Below, in pieces: positions 49,115 through 59,349 of a stretch of 59,350 nt of DNA; position 1 is the stretch's first letter; the number at the start of each line of letters is the position of its first letter. Source of the DNA: Bacteroidota bacterium (lineage in GTDB: Bacteria; Bacteroidota; Bacteroidia; AKYH767-A; OLB10); the NCBI GenBank assembly GCA_024638565.1, contig JAHEKC010000007.1, positions 1 to 59,350 on the forward strand, in the 5' to 3' direction. The notes below the pieces were generated by a model. The model made no database searches, was not told where the DNA came from, and was given only the letters and a program-made list of their open reading frames with translations. The position numbers and the translations under genes were made by a program.

Positions 49115-49831
49115 TCAGGTTAAGGCGAAAAGATCACCTATGCCAATGCGGCGTTCAGCGTTAAAACCCTCAGCATATGGCACCCCTATCATCCGGCCCC
49201 ACTCGAGCGCGCGGAATTCGAGCGCGTCCAGAAACTGCCTGCTCGAAATGGGGGTTTCCGGTTCCCTGGATTTTTCATCATAGAACTGTGACTTGAATGC
49301 CATGATGGCACTCATGCGCTTATCCACGAATCCGCTAATATCGACAAGCAGGTCAGGCTTCGGCATCCGGTCCTGGATATAATGCAGCACGATACGCGGA
49401 CGGAAAGCCACCTGGTGCTTGCCTTTATATGTCGTCTTAACCTTGGGCAGACCTGCCAGGAAACAGGCATCCGCCACCAGGCGCGCGCCAACGGCATGAT
49501 CGGGATGGCGGTCCTCCAGTGCATTGGCAAGCACGATATGCGGCCTTGCGGCACGAATCTTCCGTACCACGGCCATGCGGCTTGGCTTGTCGTTAACCAG
49601 GAAACCATCCTTCATGCCCAGGTTCTCCCTGAATGAAACCCCCAAAACCTTCGCAGCTGCTTTCGCTTCTTTTAACCGGGTGGCGGCGTTGCCCCGTGTT
49701 CCCAGTTCTCCATTGGTCAGGTCAACAATGCCGGTTTTACGCCCTTCCGCCACGTGCCGGGCAATGGTACCGCTGCAACACAGGTCCACGTCGTCCGGAT
49801 GGGCGCCAAAGGCAAGAATGTCTACTTTCAT
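49115..49831 (-). CDS. bshB1: Bacillithiol biosynthesis deacetylase (PIG-L family)
   Basis: GAHPDD, GELGTRG, DRHPDH and YAEGF. Confidence 0.85.
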   Translation of the reverse strand: MKVDILAFGAHPDDVDLCCSGTIARHVAEGRKTGIVDLTNGELGTRGNAATRLKEAKAAAKVLGVSFRENLGMKDGFLVNDKPSRMAVVRKIRAARPHIVLANALEDRHPDHAVGARLVADACFLAGLPKVKTTYKGKHQVAFRPRIVLHYIQDRMPKPDLLVDISGFVDKRMSAIMAFKSQFYDEKSREPETPISSRQFLDALEFRALEWGRMIGVPYAEGFNAERRIGIGDLFALT

Positions 49832-49902
49832 GTCTTCCGTTTGTGCAAAAATGTTTTTTTTAATTTACTTAGCAAAAGCGGCACAATGGCCGCTCCCGGG
49901 GC

Positions 49903-50556
49903 ATGCGCAATATCTTCACACTGGTCGGAAAGGAAATCACGCTTGAATGGCGGAATAAATATGCGCTGAGCGGGGTCTTCATATATGTGATCTCGACCAT
50001 TTTCATCTGCTACAATGCCTTCCGGCAGATGATCGACCCGCAGGCCTGGAATGCACTGTTCTGGATAATCCTTCTTTTCGCCGCCGTAAATGCCGTGGCC
50101 AAAAGCTTCATGCAGGAGACCAGGGGGCTTCAGCTATTCTATTATTCCTTCCTCGACCCCCAGCAGGTCATCCTGGCACGCATCGTTTACAATAGCGTTT
50201 TGATGACCGTGATCTCCCTGGCCAGTTTCGGTTTTTACACGGTATTTCTCGGCAACCTCGTTGCCGATGTACCGATGTTTCTACTCGGGCTGCTGCTTGG
50301 TTCAACGGGATTTGCCGCCGTGCTTACCCTGGTTAGCGCCATCGCATCCCGCGCGGGCAACAGCGCCTCATTGATGGCGGTGCTCAGCTTCCCCATCCTG
50401 CTGCCGTTGCTGATCACGGTGATCCGGTTCTCGCGCAACGCCATGGAAGGCTTCAGCTGGTCGGTCAACAACCCGCACCTGCTCGTATTGCTGTCCTTAA
50501 ACGCCCTGGTGATCGCACTTGCCTATTTATTATTTCCCTATATTTGGAAGGCTTGA
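49903..50556 (+). CDS. ccmB: Heme exporter protein B
   Basis: KEITLEWR and LMAVLSFPILLP; 6 TM helices; upstream of ccmC. Confidence 0.88.
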   Translation: MRNIFTLVGKEITLEWRNKYALSGVFIYVISTIFICYNAFRQMIDPQAWNALFWIILLFAAVNAVAKSFMQETRGLQLFYYSFLDPQQVILARIVYNSVLMTVISLASFGFYTVFLGNLVADVPMFLLGLLLGSTGFAAVLTLVSAIASRAGNSASLMAVLSFPILLPLLITVIRFSRNAMEGFSWSVNNPHLLVLLSLNALVIALAYLLFPYIWKA

Positions 50557-50677
50557 GGCAGGGCCGATTTTTACCAGTAAATCATTGAATTTCAGCTATT
50601 TTGATACGTCTAACTACGGCGTTTTTGATGCGTGAACTATCCCCGCCGCAAGGGGCCGGGAGACCTGCCAGCCGCGG

Positions 50678-51337
50678 ATGATGAGATACGTTTGGAAAAT
50701 AGCGGCCGCCCTTTTGGTTTATTATTCCCTGGTTGCCGGGCTGACCGGAGAGGTTCCGCGTATGGCCATCCTGAACGAAACGATCCGTAACATTTATTTT
50801 CATGTGCCCATGTGGTTCACCATGATGGCGTTGTTCCTGGTTTCGCTGATCTATTCCCTGAAATATCTTTCCGGCTCCTCCCCGGATCACGACCTGGTGG
50901 CCGCCGAGGCCGCACGTGTGGCCATGGTCTTCGGTATTGCCGGCCTGCTGACCGGAATGCTATGGGCCCGGTTTACCTGGGGCGCCTGGTGGGTCAACGA
51001 TACGAAGCTGAACGGATCAGCTGCCACCATGCTGGTCTATGCCGCGTATTTCATCCTGCGGAATTCGGTTCCGGAAAAACAAAAACGTGCCAGGCTGTCG
51101 GCCGTCTATGCGATCTTTTCGTTCAGCCTGATGATCGTTTTCATCATGGTGCTCCCCAGGCTGACGGACTCGCTGCATCCCGGTAACGGCGGGAATCCGG
51201 CATTCGGTTCATACGATCTCGACAGCAGGATGAGGGCAGTGTTCTATCCCGCGGTTGCGGGCTGGATCCTGGTAGGTCTCTGGATCCTTCAAATCAGGAT
51301 ACGAACCCGCAAACTGGAAAATACGGTGAGCATATGA
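50678..51337 (+). CDS. ccmC: Heme exporter protein C
   Basis: YFHVP, WWD motif GMLWARFTWGAWWVND, and SLHP. Confidence 0.9.
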   Translation: MMRYVWKIAAALLVYYSLVAGLTGEVPRMAILNETIRNIYFHVPMWFTMMALFLVSLIYSLKYLSGSSPDHDLVAAEAARVAMVFGIAGLLTGMLWARFTWGAWWVNDTKLNGSAATMLVYAAYFILRNSVPEKQKRARLSAVYAIFSFSLMIVFIMVLPRLTDSLHPGNGGNPAFGSYDLDSRMRAVFYPAVAGWILVGLWILQIRIRTRKLENTVSI

Positions 51338-51555
51338 AGAAATTTCAACTGATACTGGCCTTATGCATGACATGCCTGCCGGCCTTCGCCCAGCAGGGTG
51401 TTGATATGGCCGATACCATGCGGTCCGAAGGCAAGATCTACGTGGTGGTGGGCGTTATGGCCATCGTATTCACGGTGGTACTCGTTTACCTGGTCCTGCT
51501 CGACAGGAAGATCGGCCGGCTTGAACGCAAAATCCGGAACAGAGCCGGAACTTAA
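51334..51555 (+). CDS. ccmD: CcmD family protein
   Basis: MRSEGKIYVVV, a single TM helix and a charged tail LDRKIGRLE; lies between ccmC and ccmE. Confidence 0.75.
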   Translation: MKKFQLILALCMTCLPAFAQQGVDMADTMRSEGKIYVVVGVMAIVFTVVLVYLVLLDRKIGRLERKIRNRAGT

Positions 51556-51574
51556 CCTGCAAGTTATTTAACAC

Positions 51575-51976
51575 ATGAAAAAATCATATATTATAGGTAT
51601 CGTTGTGATCGCGGCCGCATTCGCCATCATCGTAAGTACGGTCAGCAAGTCGTCCACGTACGCTGATTTCGGTACGGCGGCGGACCATCCGGGCAAAGTG
51701 TATCACGTGGTAGGCACACTCAACCTGGACCGGCCTTTTGAATACGACCCGGAGGTGAATGCGAATATTTTCGGATTTTTCATGAAAGACAACAACGGTG
51801 TTGAGTACAAGGTCCTTTACAACGGTACAAAGCCGCAGGATTTTGAAAAGTCCGAACAGATTGTCATTATCGGAAAGATGAAAGACGAGGTTTTTGTGGC
51901 TTCGGATATCCTGATGAAGTGCCCGTCGAAATACGCGGGGAATGAAATGCAGCAACAAAACCTGCCAAATCCATGA
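51575..51976 (+). CDS. ccmE: Heme chaperone CcmE (Cys variant)
   Basis: N-terminal TM helix, OB-fold-like body, and ILMKCPSKY. Confidence 0.9.
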   Translation: MKKSYIIGIVVIAAAFAIIVSTVSKSSTYADFGTAADHPGKVYHVVGTLNLDRPFEYDPEVNANIFGFFMKDNNGVEYKVLYNGTKPQDFEKSEQIVIIGKMKDEVFVASDILMKCPSKYAGNEMQQQNLPNP

Positions 51977-52025
51977 GTTCGCATGCCCCGGATTGACACC
52001 CGGTTCGTACGTCAGCAGAAATTAG

Positions 52026-54431
52026 ATGGAATACCTGGGTGAACAGCTTATATATGGCAGGATCGGCAACCTGTTGATTGCCGTTTCATTTGCCGCTGCC
52101 CTGCTGGCGGTATGTGCCTACCTTTTCAATATGAAGCGGCCGGAGGACGCCGCCTGGCGCCGGGTGGGCCGCATCTCCTTTGGGCTCCACGCGGTTTCCG
52201 TGATCAGCATCTTCGGTGTTCTTTACTACCTCATCGTCAACCACCGTTTTGAATACTATTATGTCTGGCAGCATTCAAGCACCATATTGCCGTTGCGTTA
52301 CATTATGTCATGCTTCTGGGAAGGCCAGGAAGGCAGTTTCCTGCTCTGGACCTTCTGGCATGTCGTCCTGGCCGTGTTCATCCTTCGGCGCGGGGGCACC
52401 TGGGAGCCCCCGGTGATGGCCGTGATCATGATGGTACAGGTGTTCCTCTGCTCCATGGTGCTGGGTGTTTACCTGGGTGATTTCCGGATTGGCAGTAACC
52501 CGTTTGTCCTGTTGCGGGAACACCCTGAAATGGCGAACCTCCCATTCGCCAGTATGCCGGATTACCTTGACCGCATCGAGGATGGCCGCGGGTTGAATCC
52601 GCTCCTTCAGAATTACTGGATGGTGATTCACCCGCCCGTGTTGTTTCTTGGTTTTGCCGCCACCCTGATGCCATTCGCGTTCGCGGTGGGTGGTCTTTTG
52701 TCAGGCCGCGTGACCGAATGGATCCGACCCGCCCTGGGATGGGCATATTTCGGGGTCATGGCGCTGGGAATGGGCATCCTCATGGGCGCGGCATGGGCTT
52801 ACGAAGCGCTCAGCTTCGGTGGTTTCTGGGCCTGGGATCCCGTGGAGAACGCATCACTCGTTCCCTGGCTTACGCTGGTAGGGGCCGCACATGTGATGAT
52901 CATCCAGAAACGCAACCAGGAATCCCTGCTGAGCAGCTACCTGTTATGCGTCATCACGTTCATCCTCGTGCTCTACTCCACCTTCCTGACGCGGAGCGGC
53001 ATCCTGGGCGACACCTCCGTGCATGCCTTTACAGATCTTGGTATGTCAGGACAGCTGCTTGTCTACATGGGTTTCTTCGTATTGCTGGCCGTCGTGTTGC
53101 TGATCCGCCACCGCAAATCCGTCATCCGGCGCAATCCCGAGGAGCATGCCACGTCGCGGGAGTTCTGGATGTTCGTGGGCATGCTGGTGCTGGCCATTTC
53201 CGCGACCCAGATCACCTTTACCACCTCCCTGCCCGTAATCAACAAGATTTTCGGTACCAACATGGCACCGCCGGCAGAACCGGTTGAATTTTATAATTCC
53301 ATCCAGGTTCCGGTGGCCGTAATCATTTGCATGCTGGTGGGAATCGGTCAGTTTTTCAAATACAAACGCTCCGATGTCCGCAAGGTCATGCAAAGCCTTG
53401 TCGTGTCGGCCGCCGCCTCCGTTATCATTACAGTTGCGGTGGCATGGGCCATGGGTTTCACGCGCATCCACTATATCGCATTGCTGTTCGCTTCCATTTT
53501 CTCAGTGACGGCCAATGCCGATTACCTGTTCCGGGTACTCCGGGGACGGCTCCGGCACAGCGGCGCATCCATCGCACATGTGGGCATTGGCCTTATCCTC
53601 CTGGGCACACTTGTGTCCAATGCCCGTAGCAATATTATATCCAACAACGTGCTGAATATCGACCTGGGTGAGGATTTTCCCAATAATGAAAACATCATGC
53701 TGGTCCGGAATGACACACTCCGGATGGCGGACTACTATGTGACTTACAGGGAAAAGCGCCGCGAGGGCGTAAACATCTTTTACACCATCGACTACCTGGA
53801 GCGCAGGGAAGACGGAACGTATGAAAAGGCCTTTACGCTCGAACCCAGGGTGCAGCTGAATGCCCGCATGGGGAACGTGGCGGAACCTGATACCCGGCAC
53901 TTTCCGGACAGGGATATTTACACCCATGTCACCTACGCTGACCTTGAAACAGGGGGGCTGGATGATGACAGGGCCTACCAGGAACCCCGGGAATGGACAG
54001 TCCGGCTGGGTGACACCATCATCAATTCGAACAGCGTGATGGTGCTCAGGTCACTGAATAAAAGCCCGGATACAACACGGTGGACGGTCTCCGGCAGCGA
54101 TATCGCCGTATCCGCCCTGTTGCAGGTCTCCGATGTCAACATGAAGGGATATACTGCCGAACCCGTTTTTGTCATTCGCAACAATATAGCATTCACGATC
54201 GAGGATGTACTGGATGAACTCGGGCTGAAAATCGGGTTTACGCGCATTGACCCGGGAACGGAGCAGTTTACCATCACCGTCGCGGAGAAAAAGGGAAATA
54301 AAAAGGACTTCATTATCATGAAGGCAATCGTTTTCCCGTACATCAACATCCTGTGGACAGGCTGCATATTCATGATCATCGGTACGGCCATGGCGGCCCG
54401 GCGGCGTTTCAGGCAGGCGAGGCAGGACTGA
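52026..54431 (+). CDS. ccmF: Cytochrome c heme lyase CcmF
   Basis: WEGQEGS, GLNPLLQN, HPP, WAYEALSFGGFWAWDPVENASL, TRSG and SVHAF. Confidence 0.95.
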   Translation: MEYLGEQLIYGRIGNLLIAVSFAAALLAVCAYLFNMKRPEDAAWRRVGRISFGLHAVSVISIFGVLYYLIVNHRFEYYYVWQHSSTILPLRYIMSCFWEGQEGSFLLWTFWHVVLAVFILRRGGTWEPPVMAVIMMVQVFLCSMVLGVYLGDFRIGSNPFVLLREHPEMANLPFASMPDYLDRIEDGRGLNPLLQNYWMVIHPPVLFLGFAATLMPFAFAVGGLLSGRVTEWIRPALGWAYFGVMALGMGILMGAAWAYEALSFGGFWAWDPVENASLVPWLTLVGAAHVMIIQKRNQESLLSSYLLCVITFILVLYSTFLTRSGILGDTSVHAFTDLGMSGQLLVYMGFFVLLAVVLLIRHRKSVIRRNPEEHATSREFWMFVGMLVLAISATQITFTTSLPVINKIFGTNMAPPAEPVEFYNSIQVPVAVIICMLVGIGQFFKYKRSDVRKVMQSLVVSAAASVIITVAVAWAMGFTRIHYIALLFASIFSVTANADYLFRVLRGRLRHSGASIAHVGIGLILLGTLVSNARSNIISNNVLNIDLGEDFPNNENIMLVRNDTLRMADYYVTYREKRREGVNIFYTIDYLERREDGTYEKAFTLEPRVQLNARMGNVAEPDTRHFPDRDIYTHVTYADLETGGLDDDRAYQEPREWTVRLGDTIINSNSVMVLRSLNKSPDTTRWTVSGSDIAVSALLQVSDVNMKGYTAEPVFVIRNNIAFTIEDVLDELGLKIGFTRIDPGTEQFTITVAEKKGNKKDFIIMKAIVFPYINILWTGCIFMIIGTAMAARRRFRQARQD

Positions 54432-54466
54432 GCACCGCTAGCCTTCGTTTTTATACCTTCGCTCAG

Positions 54467-55114
54467 GTGTACGCGCCTTCCTACAACAAATCGGGAAACC
54501 ACGCCGAGATCATACGTTTTATCCGTGCACATGAGTTTGCCACGCTGGTCACGCATGACGGCAGGGTCCCGCTTGCCTCCCACCTCCTTTTCATGGTTGA
54601 AAAGGAGGACCCGCTTACCCTTACCGGGCATATGGCAAGAGCTAACAGGCAATGGCAGACTTTCGGCCAGCAGGAATCGATGGTCATCTTCCAGGGCCCG
54701 CATGCATACATTTCTCCATCTGATTACCGGGACGCTGATCCCATTCCCACGTGGAATTACGTGGCGGTGCATGCATACGGCCATATTGATGTCATCGAAA
54801 ATCCTGATGATATGACCCGCCTCATGCACCGGCTGGTCCGCCATCATGACCCCGGGTTTTATGAAAAGACTTTCACCAGTGTCCCTGATGATTTTATTTC
54901 TGAAAAGCTTAAGCGCGTGGTCGCGTTTACGATCAGGGTTACACGCGTGGAGGAACGATTCAAGCTTAGCCAGGACAAATCAGACCAGGACCGCGCTTCT
55001 ATTGTGACCGGCCTGGGCCGTTCCGGCGCCGGCGGCCAGGCGGTAGCCGAAGAAATGTCCCGATTCGGGAAGGAAAAGGGGAAAACGAACCATGACAACG
55101 AAGCCGGCAAATAA
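54467..55114 (+). CDS. PaiB-like FMN-binding split-barrel protein
   Basis: GHMARAN.QW, GPHAYISP, PTWNYVAVH and KLSQDK; GTG start. Confidence 0.88.
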   Translation: MYAPSYNKSGNHAEIIRFIRAHEFATLVTHDGRVPLASHLLFMVEKEDPLTLTGHMARANRQWQTFGQQESMVIFQGPHAYISPSDYRDADPIPTWNYVAVHAYGHIDVIENPDDMTRLMHRLVRHHDPGFYEKTFTSVPDDFISEKLKRVVAFTIRVTRVEERFKLSQDKSDQDRASIVTGLGRSGAGGQAVAEEMSRFGKEKGKTNHDNEAGK

Positions 55115-55931
55115 CCGGGTAACGCATCCCCTGGATGTCGTGATTGCCGGTACCGGCAATGTCGCATGGCACATGGCCTATCTCCTGCAGCACGCGGGAC
55201 ACACGCTGAAACAGGTATACGGACGCCGTGCGGCGGCGGCCCGCCGGTTCGGCAGGGAGTTTCAATGTTCCGGCACCACCCGGCCGGAAAAAATCAGGCC
55301 TGACGCCGACCTGGTAATCATCGCCGTTGCCGACACCGCTATTTCCGGCCTGGCCGCCGGGATTCCCGTTTCTGAATACCTGGTGGTGCATACCTCTGGC
55401 AGCGAACCCCTTTCATCGCTCAAGCGGTTTACCCGGCATGGCGTCCTCTACCCGCTCCAGAGCCTGGTACGGGGCCGGAAGGTCAGCCCGGACGATATTC
55501 CGTTGTGCGTGGAAGCGGGGGACACCGTAACGATGCGATTGCTATCCGGTCTCGCACGCACGCTGGGCGGAAAGGTATGGAAGATGGACAGCGAACAACG
55601 GTTTACCGCGCACCTGGCGGCCGTATTTGCTGGAAACTTTTCGAACTACATGTACACGGCCGCCGGGGAGTTGCTCGACCGCGACAGGCTGCCCATGGAA
55701 TTGCTGTGGCCGCTGATCCGCGAAACGGCTGACCGGCTGCATGCCGGAAAACCGCATGATGCGCAGACAGGACCGGCACGCCGGGGCGACGACCAGGTAA
55801 TCAAAAGGCACCTGCAGGCGCTCAGGGATCAGCCCGGATCCCGCAGGATATACAAACTGGTCTCGGACGAAATCATGAAGCGATATTCGACCCGGGAAAA
55901 AACGGTTTCAACGAGAAATGGAAAACTTTAA
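55092..55931 (+). CDS. Rossmann-like/DUF2520 oxidoreductase
   Basis: GTGNVA, HTSGS, YPLQS, HLAAVFAGNF and QTGPARRGD. Confidence 0.88.
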   Translation: MTTKPANNRVTHPLDVVIAGTGNVAWHMAYLLQHAGHTLKQVYGRRAAAARRFGREFQCSGTTRPEKIRPDADLVIIAVADTAISGLAAGIPVSEYLVVHTSGSEPLSSLKRFTRHGVLYPLQSLVRGRKVSPDDIPLCVEAGDTVTMRLLSGLARTLGGKVWKMDSEQRFTAHLAAVFAGNFSNYMYTAAGELLDRDRLPMELLWPLIRETADRLHAGKPHDAQTGPARRGDDQVIKRHLQALRDQPGSRRIYKLVSDEIMKRYSTREKTVSTRNGKL

Positions 55932-56424
55932 ACAGAAGCTCAGGCATATTTCGTGCTTTGCCCTGGACATGGACGGCGTCCTGACAAACGGCCTGCTCAC
56001 CATTATGCCCGACGGGCAACTGCTGCGGACCATGAACATCAAGGACGGTTTCGCCATGCAGCATGCCGTGAAAAACGGTTACCATGTGGTCATTATCTCC
56101 GGGGGCACCCCGCCGGGCGCCGTGGAACGCCTGCACAAGCTGGGTGTGCGGGAGGTATACACGGCCGTGACGGATAAGCTCGGCAAATTAACGGAAGTGA
56201 TGGATCGCCTTAAACTCAAAACCGAAAATGTCCTTTTCATGGGGGATGACGTTCCTGATGTGGAGGTGATGAAGCATGCAGGCATTGCGGCGGCACCGCG
56301 GGACGCCATGGCCGAGGTCCGGGAAATAAGTCATTATGTTTCGGAATACCGCGGGGGCGAAGGATGTGTGCGTGACGTCATTGAACAGGCCATGCGCCTC
56401 CATGAAAAATGGCATCAAAACTGA
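55918..56424 (+). CDS. kdsC: KDO 8-phosphate phosphatase (HAD family)
   Basis: DMDGVLT, KDG, GDDVPD and GGEGCVRDVIE. Confidence 0.9.
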   Translation: MENFKQKLRHISCFALDMDGVLTNGLLTIMPDGQLLRTMNIKDGFAMQHAVKNGYHVVIISGGTPPGAVERLHKLGVREVYTAVTDKLGKLTEVMDRLKLKTENVLFMGDDVPDVEVMKHAGIAAAPRDAMAEVREISHYVSEYRGGEGCVRDVIEQAMRLHEKWHQN

Positions 56425-56425
56425 A

Positions 56426-57310
56426 ATGACCCTGGCAAAAAGGCTGCGGACCGGCAACCTGGCCATGATCGCCATTGCCCAGGCCCTCCTCTACTATACA
56501 GTCGTAACGCCCATGCTCGGTGCAGCCGGCCTCGCAACCGCGCTGGGGCCGTTCGAATTCTGGCTGCTGGTGGTATCCGTGCTTTGCATTGCCGCGGGTG
56601 GCTATCTCGTAAACGATCTCCAGGATACACAGGAAGATGGGGTCAACAAGGCCGGTAATCCGCCGGGCAGGTCGGTAAGAATCGCCTATGTCGTCACCAC
56701 CCTTGCGGGCCTGGCCATTGGGTTTTACCTGTCCTGGTTCCGGCACGTGCCGCTTGTCCTGCAGGTCCACCTGCTGGCTTCCTTTCTGCTGCTGGCCTAT
56801 TCCGGTTTTCTGCGCCAATGGAAGTTCCTGGGAAACCTTGTAGTGGCTGCACTGGTGGCTATGGCATTGTTGATCGTGCCCATGTCCGACCAGCTGGCAC
56901 GCGCGGATCCCGGCATCAGGAATATTGCCTTCGGATACGCATTTTTTGCATTCATGCTTTCCTGGATCCGTGAAATCATCAAGGACCTCGAGGACCTGGA
57001 AGGCGACCGCAGGTTCGGAAAAAAAACGATTGCCGTACTTGCCGGCCCGGCGGCAGCACGTTTGGTGGCTTTAATGCTCACGGGTGCGGTAGTGCTGTCA
57101 CTGGCCTGGCTGCAATACAGCGAGCGGCAATGGGAAGCCCTGCTGCCATTTCTCTACATCGTCGCACTGGTACAGGTACCGTTGATGGTGCTTGCGGCCG
57201 GCCTCGTGCGGTCGCATTCGTCAATAGGCTATGGCAGGCTCAGCACGCTGGCCAAGGGCATCATGGCTGCCGGGATCATGTCCATGTACGTATTTTATTT
57301 ACTTTACTGA
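56426..57310 (+). CDS. UbiA-family prenyltransferase (DGGGP synthase-like clade)
   Basis: AAGGYLVNDLQDTQED..NK and REIIKDLEDLEGD; multi-TM. Confidence 0.85.
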   Translation: MTLAKRLRTGNLAMIAIAQALLYYTVVTPMLGAAGLATALGPFEFWLLVVSVLCIAAGGYLVNDLQDTQEDGVNKAGNPPGRSVRIAYVVTTLAGLAIGFYLSWFRHVPLVLQVHLLASFLLLAYSGFLRQWKFLGNLVVAALVAMALLIVPMSDQLARADPGIRNIAFGYAFFAFMLSWIREIIKDLEDLEGDRRFGKKTIAVLAGPAAARLVALMLTGAVVLSLAWLQYSERQWEALLPFLYIVALVQVPLMVLAAGLVRSHSSIGYGRLSTLAKGIMAAGIMSMYVFYLLY

Positions 57311-57316
57311 ACTCCC

Positions 57317-57910
57317 ATGGATTCCTTTTACAATGCCATCGACCGGTTTGACATCATCCTCGGGTCAGGCTCGCCGCGCAGGCACCAGCTGCTTGGTGCC
57401 CTGGGTATCCGGCACCGGGTGGTGGTCCGCCCCGTGGATGAGTCCTTTCCGGACAACCTGCAGCAGGAAGCCATCGCCATGCACCTCGCAAAAAAGAAAG
57501 CTGCTGCTTTTGACGACCTGCTGCTCACGGAAAAATCGCTTGTCATCACGGCGGACACGATTGTTTGCCTGGATGACACGCTCCTGGGTAAACCAACAGA
57601 CCGTGATGACGCGCACCGAATCCTGTCATCCCTTTCCGGACGGAAGCACGAAGTGTTCACGGGGGTGTGTATTACCTCGGGTGAAAAGCAGGAGTTGTTT
57701 TACGATTCATCATCCGTATTTTTCAAGGAACTCAGCGACCAGGAGATCGGTTATTACATCGATAAATACGAGCCATTTGATAAAGCAGGTGCGTATGGGG
57801 TGCAGGACTGGTTCGGACTCACGGCCATCGAGCGCATCGAGGGATCCTACCACAATGTCATGGGACTCCCCGTAAAGAAACTTTACGAGCGGCTCCCTGT
57901 ATTTTTCTGA
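57317..57910 (+). CDS. maf: Maf family nucleotide pyrophosphatase
   Basis: GSGSPRR, TADTIV, LGKP, DKAGAYG and NVMGLP. Confidence 0.93.
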   Translation: MDSFYNAIDRFDIILGSGSPRRHQLLGALGIRHRVVVRPVDESFPDNLQQEAIAMHLAKKKAAAFDDLLLTEKSLVITADTIVCLDDTLLGKPTDRDDAHRILSSLSGRKHEVFTGVCITSGEKQELFYDSSSVFFKELSDQEIGYYIDKYEPFDKAGAYGVQDWFGLTAIERIEGSYHNVMGLPVKKLYERLPVFF

Positions 57911-57917
57911 ATCCCGG

Positions 57918-58793
57918 ATGAAAAGAGCCTACCTGCTGATGCACCTCGCTATTTTCCTGTGGGGGTTTACGGGTATTTTCGGAAAAGCCATTGCCATGAA
58001 CGAAGGCATGATCGTCTGGTACCGGATGTGCATCAGCGCCGCGGCCCTGCTGGTATATATGCGCTGGAGGGGCAAGGCACTCAGGACGTCGCCCCGCATG
58101 CTTTGGCGCATGTGCGCCATCGGCGCCATCGTGGCCGTTCACTGGCTTACTTTCTATGCATCCATTAAGGCTTCTAACGTTTCGGTAGCGCTCGCCTGCT
58201 TTTCCTCCATCGCGTTGTTTACTTCCGTACTGGAGCCGTTTTTCTTTCGCGTACGGCATCATTTTTCCGAACTCATGCTTGGCATCGGGGTGATCGGGGG
58301 CCTGTACCTGATCTTCGCATTCCAGCAGGCCCATATATACGGAATGGCCCTGGCGCTTTTCAGCGCCCTGCTGGCTTCCATATTCACGATCCTTAACAAG
58401 AAAATGGTTGCAGGAGAACAGCACGAAAAAGTTACATTCTACGAACTCGCTTCCGGGTTTGTCTTTCTCACGCTGTTGCTGCCATTGTATTACCGGTTTG
58501 CCGGGGGTACGTTTGAGGTTCCCGGCGGTCAGGACCTCCTGTACCTGGTTTTACTGAGTGTGATCTGCACCACCTTTGCCTTCACCATTTCGATGGAAGC
58601 CCTGAAAAAGGTAAAGGCTTTTACCATGAACCTTTCAGTTAACCTGGAACCCATTTACAGCATCATACTGGCCATGATCTTTTTTAACGAACAGCGGTTC
58701 CTGACCGCCGGCTTCTTCTGGGGCGCAGTTGTCATCATCGGGTCCGTGGCGGTGCATGGACTGTATACAGCCCGCAAGACCGGAAGCATATAA
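57918..58793 (+). CDS. EamA/DMT family transporter
   Basis: LWGFTGIFG, HWLTFY and NLEPIYSI; about 10 TM helices. Confidence 0.9.
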   Translation: MKRAYLLMHLAIFLWGFTGIFGKAIAMNEGMIVWYRMCISAAALLVYMRWRGKALRTSPRMLWRMCAIGAIVAVHWLTFYASIKASNVSVALACFSSIALFTSVLEPFFFRVRHHFSELMLGIGVIGGLYLIFAFQQAHIYGMALALFSALLASIFTILNKKMVAGEQHEKVTFYELASGFVFLTLLLPLYYRFAGGTFEVPGGQDLLYLVLLSVICTTFAFTISMEALKKVKAFTMNLSVNLEPIYSIILAMIFFNEQRFLTAGFFWGAVVIIGSVAVHGLYTARKTGSI

Positions 58794-58825
58794 AAAAGCG
58801 AAGCAGGCCAGGGGCCTGCTTCGCT
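58792..58825 (-). terminator. Intrinsic terminator between convergent genes
   Basis: 13-bp stem AGCGAAGCAGGCC/GGCCTGCTTCGCT with an A6 flank (U tract on the minus strand). Confidence 0.8.
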
Positions 58826-58845
58826 GTCAGAAAAGGGTTCGTCTT

Positions 58846-59349
58846 TTAGTTTGTTTTGGCAACCTTCATAGTCTGCCGCAGCGTGGGACCCTGCGTGAAT
58901 TCGACCATGTAGACTCCGGGAATCAGGTCATCTCCGAACCGGAACTGATCGTTCGAAGGATCTACTTCATGAGACTGGATCATACGGCCGGTCATATCAT
59001 ACACGTTGATCCCTACGAGTTCCGTCTGGTTGGTAAAAAGGCTGACCGTAAAGATGTCATTGCTCGGGTTCGGGTTTATGCCGAAGTTGAGGCCATCACG
59101 CACCTGGATGACTTCACCGCTTTCGTCGATGATCGTGCGCAGGGTATAGTTACCTGCAGGCGGCATGGCACTGGAAATACCAATCTGGCATACGTTCCCG
59201 TAGCACATGCCCACCCCGTCAATAACCGCGCGGGTACGTACATCGTAGAAGCTGCCCACCTGGAGCGCAGGCTGTACATCGCTGAGCTTAACCCACCGTG
59301 AGGCGGAAGTGTGCGTGGATACATTACCCGGATTGGAAGCATCCGTGAA
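58846..59349 (-). CDS. T9SS type-A CTD protein, 3' part (truncated by window edge)
   Basis: Frame open to the window end; PNPSND...YDMTGR...PGVYMV...KVAK CTD. Confidence 0.85.
   Translation of the reverse strand, partial: FTDASNPGNVSTHTSASRWVKLSDVQPALQVGSFYDVRTRAVIDGVGMCYGNVCQIGISSAMPPAGNYTLRTIIDESGEVIQVRDGLNFGINPNPSNDIFTVSLFTNQTELVGINVYDMTGRMIQSHEVDPSNDQFRFGDDLIPGVYMVEFTQGPTLRQTMKVAKTN

Noticed and set aside
49115-49831. Bacillithiol gene in a Gram-negative as a novelty
   Set aside because: bsh genes are already known to be widespread in Bacteroidota.
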